32,000 nucleotides of DNA, from positions 3,750,001-3,782,000 of the forward strand of contig NZ_CP064923.1 in NCBI RefSeq assembly GCF_018336915.1, written 5' to 3'. The position numbers and the translations under genes are program-made. How positions within the stretch are numbered: position 1 is the first letter of the stretch; every line of letters begins with the position of its first letter. Shown piece after piece: positions 26,225 through 32,000 of this stretch. Under the pieces are notes generated by a model. The model saw only the letters and a program-made list of their open reading frames with translations, had not been told where the DNA came from and did no database searches. Source of the DNA: Acaryochloris marina S15 (GTDB lineage: Bacteria; Cyanobacteriota; Cyanobacteriia; Thermosynechococcales; Thermosynechococcaceae).

Positions 26225-26578
26225 TTAACCAAAGGTTGAACCATTCCATCCCCACATCATGCCCTTTGCATCCGCAAACTCAATATAAATTCGCTGTTTA
26301 GGGACTCCTAAAGCGGTTTCAAGCTGTTGGCAAAACTCCTGGCTCATCGCTTGCGTCTGAGGACTACTCATGGTGCCTACACTTTTAATTTCCACGTAAC
26401 ATACGGGCTCGGTCGTGCCAGCAAAAGTCATAGGCATTTCTGCTTCAAAAGCTGTCATCACATAGGATTCTGGCTTCCCCAAATGCTGAGCTAACCGAGC
26501 AGACAATTGTTTTAATAAGGTCTCCACAACAGGCTTCTCAGGAGCATCTATCGAAGATTGCACTTTAATTAGAGGCAT
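26225..26578 (-). CDS. MIF / phenylpyruvate tautomerase family protein
   Basis: 117 aa. Starts MPLIKVQSS (catalytic Pro-1 after Met removal), has the right length, and ends MMWGWNGSTFG, typical of cyanobacterial MIF homologs. Confidence 0.8.
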   Translation of the reverse strand: MPLIKVQSSIDAPEKPVVETLLKQLSARLAQHLGKPESYVMTAFEAEMPMTFAGTTEPVCYVEIKSVGTMSSPQTQAMSQEFCQQLETALGVPKQRIYIEFADAKGMMWGWNGSTFG

Positions 26579-26620
26579 AATAGTTGGTTAGCATGTAACG
26601 ATAATCTAATTAAATCAAGA

Positions 26621-27118
26621 GTGGACGCCCCAAGCTACCCCGAACATCATCAATGGATGGAAAAAGCGATTTCTTTAGCGTCTCAAGCAGGTGATGCCGG
26701 AGAAGTGCCAGTAGGAGCTGTTATTGTAGGCCCAAAAGGAGACTGCATTGCGGAAGGTGAAAATAGACGCGAACGCGATCACGACCCTACCGCTCATGCA
26801 GAAATCGTAGCTATCAGAGCTGCTAGCCAAGTCATGCAGTCCTGGCGACTACATGAGTGCAGCCTTTACGTCACTCTTGAACCCTGCCCAATGTGTGCCG
26901 GGGCAATTATCCAAGCTCGTATGGGCTTGTTGGTCTATGGAGCCCATGATCCGAAAACCGGAGCCGTTCGAACTGTTCTTAACCTACCGGATAGCTCTTG
27001 CTCCTTCCACAAACTTCCAGTCGTTGCGGGCGTCCAAGAGCCAACCTGCCGTCAACAACTACAAGATTGGTTTGCTCGAAAACGACAACAGCAAAAAGCG
27101 CAGTCCCCATCCCCTTAG
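26621..27118 (+). CDS. tadA: tRNA adenosine(34) deaminase
   Basis: HAEIVAIR ... LEPCPMCAGAI zinc-deaminase motifs. N-terminal HHQWMEKAISLA...GEVPVGAVIV parallels E. coli TadA, supporting the GTG 26621 start. An alternative ATG lies at 26657. Confidence 0.9.
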   Translation: MDAPSYPEHHQWMEKAISLASQAGDAGEVPVGAVIVGPKGDCIAEGENRRERDHDPTAHAEIVAIRAASQVMQSWRLHECSLYVTLEPCPMCAGAIIQARMGLLVYGAHDPKTGAVRTVLNLPDSSCSFHKLPVVAGVQEPTCRQQLQDWFARKRQQQKAQSPSP

Positions 27119-27145
27119 GATCAATACTCACTTTGAGTCGATCTT

Positions 27146-27517
27146 CTACAGGCGTTCTTGAATCGTATTAATTAAGCGATTGACGTCTTTAATTTGGTTC
27201 AATTCAACGGTATCTATGAAAATATCAATTTGACCTTGGTCTTCCTTCAAAATAATGGGATAGGAATACGTCTGTTTCGACTTGAGTGAATTTAGGTCGT
27301 TTACCTTTTGCTCATATTCATCCTTATGCAAAAATTCCATGGGAACTGAAGAGGATTTTCTAAAGGCTTGCCAGGCTGACCGTTCTGTAAAGGTATCGTG
27401 GGTCAACATACATAAATTGCAGCTATAGGTATCCGGTGACAATACCTTGTGGGCAATGTCCAGCGCAACATTAACCAAACCGGCATCAGCATTGTAGATG
27501 AATATTAATTTAGCCAT
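27146..27517 (-). CDS. Conserved hypothetical small protein with a CxxC motif
   Basis: 123 aa with an ATG start. [40 protein letters not shown]...[10 protein letters not shown] resembles a widespread uncharacterised family. Its start overlaps the cysE stop by 8 nt. Confidence 0.6.
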   Translation of the reverse strand: MAKLIFIYNADAGLVNVALDIAHKVLSPDTYSCNLCMLTHDTFTERSAWQAFRKSSSVPMEFLHKDEYEQKVNDLNSLKSKQTYSYPIILKEDQGQIDIFIDTVELNQIKDVNRLINTIQERL

Positions 27518-28250
27518 TCTTCGAGACAGTGGTACCGTCTAAAAACTGCTCTATTGCTTTATCCCGGAGATGGCAACAGTCAGTGGTTTCAGACTCATGG
27601 GTAGAACCACTAGGGGAAGATCGTCTTAACTGCTCCACTTCTTGTTCTAGACTTTCAAGCCGATCCACTAGATAGCGAATGGCCTGAGCTTCAGAATCTG
27701 GAAGGCGAGCATGATCCAATGGATCCACTTTTGCCCCTCCTCGGTAAACAATGCGCCCTGGAACACCAACAATCGTGCAGCCTGAGGGTACATCTCGTAA
27801 TACAACGGACCCCGCTCCAACCCGCACATTACTGCCTAGGAGGATATTGCCCAGAACTTTGGCACCCGCACCAATCACAACATTTTCCCCCACGGTGGGA
27901 TGCCGTTTCCCCGTTTCTTTTCCTGTTCCACCTAACGTCACCCCCTGATAAATCAGGCTAAAATCACCGACAATCGCCGTCTCTCCAATCACAATCCCCA
28001 TGCCATGATCAATAAACACACCTTTCCCCAGGGTAGCGCCAGGATGAATTTCGATTCCTGTGAGAAAGCGAGAGACATGTGAGATAAGCCGAGGAAAGAA
28101 GGGCAAGCCTAAGATAAATAGCCAATGGGCAAAGCGGTGTAACAGAATAGCTTGTAAGCCCGGATAGCAGACCAACACTTCCAACCAGTTGCGAGCTGCA
28201 GGGTCTCGGTCGAAAATGATCTGAAAATCAGTTTTAAGTGTCTTCAGCAC
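27510..28250 (-). CDS. cysE: Serine O-acetyltransferase
   Basis: [32 protein letters not shown] plus hexapeptide repeats [31 protein letters not shown]...[26 protein letters not shown] start. Confidence 0.9.
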   Translation of the reverse strand: MLKTLKTDFQIIFDRDPAARNWLEVLVCYPGLQAILLHRFAHWLFILGLPFFPRLISHVSRFLTGIEIHPGATLGKGVFIDHGMGIVIGETAIVGDFSLIYQGVTLGGTGKETGKRHPTVGENVVIGAGAKVLGNILLGSNVRVGAGSVVLRDVPSGCTIVGVPGRIVYRGGAKVDPLDHARLPDSEAQAIRYLVDRLESLEQEVEQLRRSSPSGSTHESETTDCCHLRDKAIEQFLDGTTVSKNG

Positions 28251-28543
28251 AGGGTCAGCCTTTGAAGGTAAGACAGGACCTTTTTATCCTAGCGTCTTTG
28301 CGAAGGACAAAGATCGGCAATCCGAACATTGGCGGTAGAAGAATAACAGTAGCTGGTTAACATTCAATATTGCTGACTCCCCTAATCGTACTGCTAGGCT
28401 CATCGGCAACTATGAGAGACTTTTAATGATGTGCCCACGTCATACTAAGGGAAGAAAGCTTGGCTTTATGCCGATAGATCCTCAGTCTGCTCAAGGTTTT
28501 CGAGCATAAAATCAGTCCTTGAATTTCTGACTATCTCCCTGCA

Positions 28544-29947
28544 ATGTCTTTGAATTTTCTCCATCAGCAAAGATGTCGTTCTGCCTTTGCGATTATCCTG
28601 TTTGTCTGCACTGGCATACCCTCTGGTTGCTCTCACAGTTATGCGAAGCCACATCTACCCATTAGCGTTGACTGGAACCGATCCACTGGCTCTGCGCGCA
28701 ATATTTATAGCTTAAATCTTTGGTCTGCAACTGATTCAGCTATAGGATCGAATCTCAAATTTGGAGAACAATTGGGTAAAATCCGTCCCTCTATCTGTCG
28801 ACTTCACGCAGCTGAAATGCTCAAAGTGGGTCATAGGAAAGCGTGGATTGATCAAAATGGAGAATGGGATATTGGCAAAATTGATGCCATTTTGCAGAAT
28901 ATTGCTCCTCACTGTGAGGATATTATGATCTCTATCCCCAGTTGGTCACCCACGCTATATCAAGGCTCTCAACTTCCATCTGAGAAGCACAGAGCTTTTG
29001 CTCTATGGTGTGCCCAGCTCGTTCGCTCAGTCTCTGACAGGCACTCGGTTTGGTATTTTGAAATACTCAACGAAAAAGACCCCGAATACAACGGCAATTC
29101 CCAGGAACTTGCTGAGTTGGCGAAGCAAACTGCAGATGCAATGAAGAGAGCCAATCCAGCCATTCGTATTGTTGTTGGCGCTTGGACTCACCCCTATGAC
29201 AAACGTGATATTCAAGCATTTTTAGAAGCTTCCAGAAATAGTGATATTCAGGCTTTTTCCTACCATCAATATGGTACACACCAACCTTCCACCGATCCCT
29301 TCAAGCTATACAAAACCGCCAAAGTCATTGGCCAACGTCCCAAAGCCATTCGTCAATGGATGAACCAAAAAGGATTACAGGATGCTGAGCTATTCCTCGG
29401 GGAGACCCATATGTTCACAACCTGGGATAGGGACAAACAAAGGTTGATGCGCACCCATCATGGAGCCGTGTTTTTAGCCCTAGTCTTTCAGCAAGCCGCT
29501 CAGCACAACGATATTGATGGCATTTTCCCTTGGAACGATGCTGACCATACCTATGGTCTTTTTAATCACAAGGATGGAACCTATTCTTTGCGCCCAGCGG
29601 GATATGTGCTCAAACTGCTGAGACAATATTTTAGCCGTGGCCAGCGAATTCACGTCTCGGCCCCCAGAGGAATTGATGTCTTTGCTGTCAGAGGCCAAAA
29701 CTCCCATAGCCTTATGATTGTCAATAGTCACACCTATCCCAGCAAGAGCACTCGCCTAGACATGAAGGGTTGGCAGCCCACCCAGCAAACCTATCAAATT
29801 TACACGATTGACTCGGGTGGAATACGGACGAGCCAGCAGGTTTGGGACAAGCAGCAATTCCAGACCTTGCACTTACCCAATGACTCTGTCTCTTTCTTGG
29901 TTTTTCCTGGTGAAGATAGCCCAGATGTCGATGAGAGAGCGACATGA
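28544..29947 (+). CDS. Putative lipoprotein glycoside hydrolase, clan GH-A (GH39/GH5-like TIM barrel)
   Basis: 467 aa with an ATG start. Signal peptide plus a lipobox-like IPSGC. WYFEILNEKD (the Asn-Glu acid/base motif of clan GH-A) and a second candidate Glu in FLGETHMF about 110 residues later, a spacing typical of GH39. Confidence 0.6.
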   Translation: MSLNFLHQQRCRSAFAIILFVCTGIPSGCSHSYAKPHLPISVDWNRSTGSARNIYSLNLWSATDSAIGSNLKFGEQLGKIRPSICRLHAAEMLKVGHRKAWIDQNGEWDIGKIDAILQNIAPHCEDIMISIPSWSPTLYQGSQLPSEKHRAFALWCAQLVRSVSDRHSVWYFEILNEKDPEYNGNSQELAELAKQTADAMKRANPAIRIVVGAWTHPYDKRDIQAFLEASRNSDIQAFSYHQYGTHQPSTDPFKLYKTAKVIGQRPKAIRQWMNQKGLQDAELFLGETHMFTTWDRDKQRLMRTHHGAVFLALVFQQAAQHNDIDGIFPWNDADHTYGLFNHKDGTYSLRPAGYVLKLLRQYFSRGQRIHVSAPRGIDVFAVRGQNSHSLMIVNSHTYPSKSTRLDMKGWQPTQQTYQIYTIDSGGIRTSQQVWDKQQFQTLHLPNDSVSFLVFPGEDSPDVDERAT

Positions 29948-29958
29948 TGACAGGCCAC

Positions 29959-30534
29959 TTAATCCAACCACGAATCCCGCAAAGGAGGAAATTGTCCTCG
30001 GTGTTTACGGGCCAGCATGGCTTTTTCAAGGAGAACGAGCAACCCTGGCGCTTCTTGTTCAATTGTCAGTAGAAGACGCTCACCTAGAGCGACATCACCC
30101 GGATCTACCCCCGTTTCCATTACCTCTCGCAAACGGGGCATTGCCCAGCTATCTACCATTTCCACCAAACCACTAAAACAGCGATCAAACTGTCGCTCAG
30201 TCATGATGGCGTCTTCCAATGGAAATTCAATAATGGCCCGAATTTCACCATCAGACGCATCATATTCCCACTGCAACATCTTAGTCTCCCAAGAGATCAC
30301 TAACATGGTTTGCAGAATAGCAGCCTTATGAGGGTGGTTTTGGACACCCGTGAGAACCTCAGGCACAAAAAGCTTAAAGAACTCTCCCTCTTCATCGAGC
30401 TGAATCACGATCAAAAAATCTTCAACATGTTCAGCTTCGACTTGAGTGATAATCCGTGCCTTATCGGACTGGATCTCGTAAATCAGCCCTTGTTTATCTA
30501 AGTACCCAGAAATTTGCTCTAACGTAGCGCCCAT
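29959..30534 (-). CDS. Hypothetical protein, YbjN-like (putative sensory-transduction regulator / chaperone-like fold)
   Basis: 191 aa with an ATG start. The pattern ...FLIVIQLDEEGEFFKLFVPEVL...MLQWEYDASDGEIRAIIEFPLEDA resembles the YbjN family. The family assignment is by recollection only. Confidence 0.45.
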   Translation of the reverse strand: MGATLEQISGYLDKQGLIYEIQSDKARIITQVEAEHVEDFLIVIQLDEEGEFFKLFVPEVLTGVQNHPHKAAILQTMLVISWETKMLQWEYDASDGEIRAIIEFPLEDAIMTERQFDRCFSGLVEMVDSWAMPRLREVMETGVDPGDVALGERLLLTIEQEAPGLLVLLEKAMLARKHRGQFPPLRDSWLD

Positions 30535-30611
30535 AAGGGCATCCTCTTCTTAAGTTATGGTGGGTGTCTGTCCCAAGTCTAGTGTGACAGGTTTCTTGAA
30601 ATTGGCAAAAC

Positions 30612-32000
30612 CTATTGATTTTGCGACTCAGGAAGTTGCTGGTGGGCTTGTGCCATTTTTTGTCGATCCAGAGTAAAGACTAAAGTAGCCAAGGGTGGCA
30701 AACAGAGATCTAAAGAGTAAGGGCGGTTATGAAAAGCCCATTCATCTGTCCATTTCCCGCCTAGATTCCCCATATTACTCCCTCCGTACTGACGACCATC
30801 GCTATTAAATCGCTCGACATAATAGCCTGATTCTGGCACCCCAACTCGGTAATGACTATGGGGTTGAGGCGTCAAGTTACAGACCGTGAGTACAAACTCA
30901 TCAGAATCCTTCGCACGACGAACAAAGGAGATGACACTATGGCGAGTGTCATTACAGTCGACCCACTCAAAACCGTCATAGCTGAAGTCGTTGGTGAATA
31001 AGGCAGGCAATTCTTTATAAAGATGGTTCAAGTCCGTCACAAATTTCTTGAGATTTTGATGGGAGTCATACTCCAAGAGTTGCCAGTCCAGATCACCCCA
31101 GACGTTCCACTCACTCCATTGGCCAAACTCCATGCTCATAAACAGAGTCTTTTTGCCAGGATGGGTAAACATAAAGGTGTATAGACATCGCAAGTTGGCG
31201 AACTTCTGCCATTCATCTCCTGGCATTTTGCCCAGCATGTTGCTTTTGCCATGAACAATTTCATCGTGAGACAGGGCCAACATAAAGTTCTCACTAAAGG
31301 CATACATGATGCTGAATGTGACGTTGTTTTGATGAAATTGGCGGAACCAAGGATCCATGTTGAAATAATCCAACATGTCATGCATCCATCCCATATTCCA
31401 TTTGAGGTTAAAGCCTAGACCACCGACATAGGTGGGCCAGGACACCATGGGCCAGGAGGTTGATTCCTCGGCAATTGAGAGAATACCAGGGTAGTAGCTG
31501 AAGAGTACGTCATTCAGGTGGCGGAGGAAATCAGCCGCTTCGATATTTTCGGCTCCCCCATATTCATTGGCCACCCACTCACCATCTTTGCGACAGTAAT
31601 TGAGATAGAGCATCGAGGCGACGGCATCGACACGGATGCCGTCGATATGGTACTTGTCGAACCAAAAGAGGGCATTGGCAATGAGAAAATTCTTGACTTC
31701 CTTGCGGCTGTAATTGAAGACCAGCGTACCCCACTCTTTATGTTCTCCTCTACGGGGATCAGCATGCTCATATAAATGGGTGCCATCAAAAAAGGCTAAA
31801 CCATGGCCGTCTTTGGGGAAATGCCCAGGAACCCAATCAACAATGACTCCAATGCCTTGTTGGTGGCATTGATCGACAAAATGCATAAAGTCTTCGGGTG
31901 TTCCATACCGTGAAGTACAAGCGTAGTAGCCCGTCACTTGATAGCCCCAAGAACCGTCAAAGGGATGCTCGGCAACAGGCAGTAGCTCTATATGGGTAAA
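30612..32000 (-). CDS. glgB: 1,4-alpha-glucan branching enzyme, N-terminus beyond the window
   Basis: The frame stays open to position 32000 ([43 protein letters not shown]...). GH13 motifs [27 protein letters not shown] and [10 protein letters not shown] are present. The 'M' at 31937 in the track is an internal GTG (Val). Confidence 0.95.
   Translation of the reverse strand, partial: FTHIELLPVAEHPFDGSWGYQVTGYYACTSRYGTPEDFMHFVDQCHQQGIGVIVDWVPGHFPKDGHGLAFFDGTHLYEHADPRRGEHKEWGTLVFNYSRKEVKNFLIANALFWFDKYHIDGIRVDAVASMLYLNYCRKDGEWVANEYGGAENIEAADFLRHLNDVLFSYYPGILSIAEESTSWPMVSWPTYVGGLGFNLKWNMGWMHDMLDYFNMDPWFRQFHQNNVTFSIMYAFSENFMLALSHDEIVHGKSNMLGKMPGDEWQKFANLRCLYTFMFTHPGKKTLFMSMEFGQWSEWNVWGDLDWQLLEYDSHQNLKKFVTDLNHLYKELPALFTNDFSYDGFEWVDCNDTRHSVISFVRRAKDSDEFVLTVCNLTPQPHSHYRVGVPESGYYVERFNSDGRQYGGSNMGNLGGKWTDEWAFHNRPYSLDLCLPPLATLVFTLDRQKMAQAHQQLPESQNQ

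Noticed and set aside
26579-26620. A very short (42 bp) divergent spacer between the MIF-like gene and tadA, as a possible shared regulatory element.
   Set aside because: No dyad or repeat is visible. The short distance may simply reflect start-codon uncertainty for tadA (an alternative ATG lies at 26657).

Overview
This is a chromosomal segment from a cyanobacterium. The evidence is chlG, psbZ, a psbZ-ribH-tRNA-Gly block, glgB, and 7 copies of the HIP1 palindrome GCGATCGC. I support 29 protein-coding genes (two truncated by the window edges), one tRNA, one clear intrinsic terminator and one large intragenic tandem repeat. Layout: (i) 1-9023 is a glycosylation locus of two divergent operons. 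The minus operon runs GT-B -> GT-C -> polyprenyl-phosphate-type GT2 -> unknown protein; the plus operon runs GT4 -> GT2 -> SAM methyltransferase. (ii) 9162-13173 holds a Ser/Thr kinase fused through a TM helix to a GUN4-like domain, an SmtB/ZiaR-like metalloregulator, a Cys/His-free small membrane protein and chlorophyll synthase. (iii) 13324-16755 encodes a 1143-aa secreted protein whose C-terminal third is a ~1.1 kb (PDPT/PDPG/PDPE)n array. (iv) 17242-20393 is an AapQMP/NatGH-BgtA-type amino-acid ABC importer without its binding protein. (v) 20449-32000 is mostly housekeeping: a DHH-CBS-CCA nucleotidyltransferase fusion, psbZ, ribH, tRNA-Gly(GCC), a ProA-like paralog that appears to lack the catalytic Cys, MIF-type tautomerase, tadA, cysE, a GH clan-A lipoprotein, a YbjN-like protein and glgB. 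I found no transposase, integrase, CRISPR array or recognisable defence or toxin module. I therefore cannot point to one clear-cut novel system. The best candidates for further study are the repeat protein, the lipid-carrier/GT-C glycosylation module that might act on it, the kinase-TM-GUN4 protein beside chlG, the partnerless SmtB-like sensor, and the Cys-less ProA paralog. All functional calls rest on motif recognition by eye; no database search was possible.
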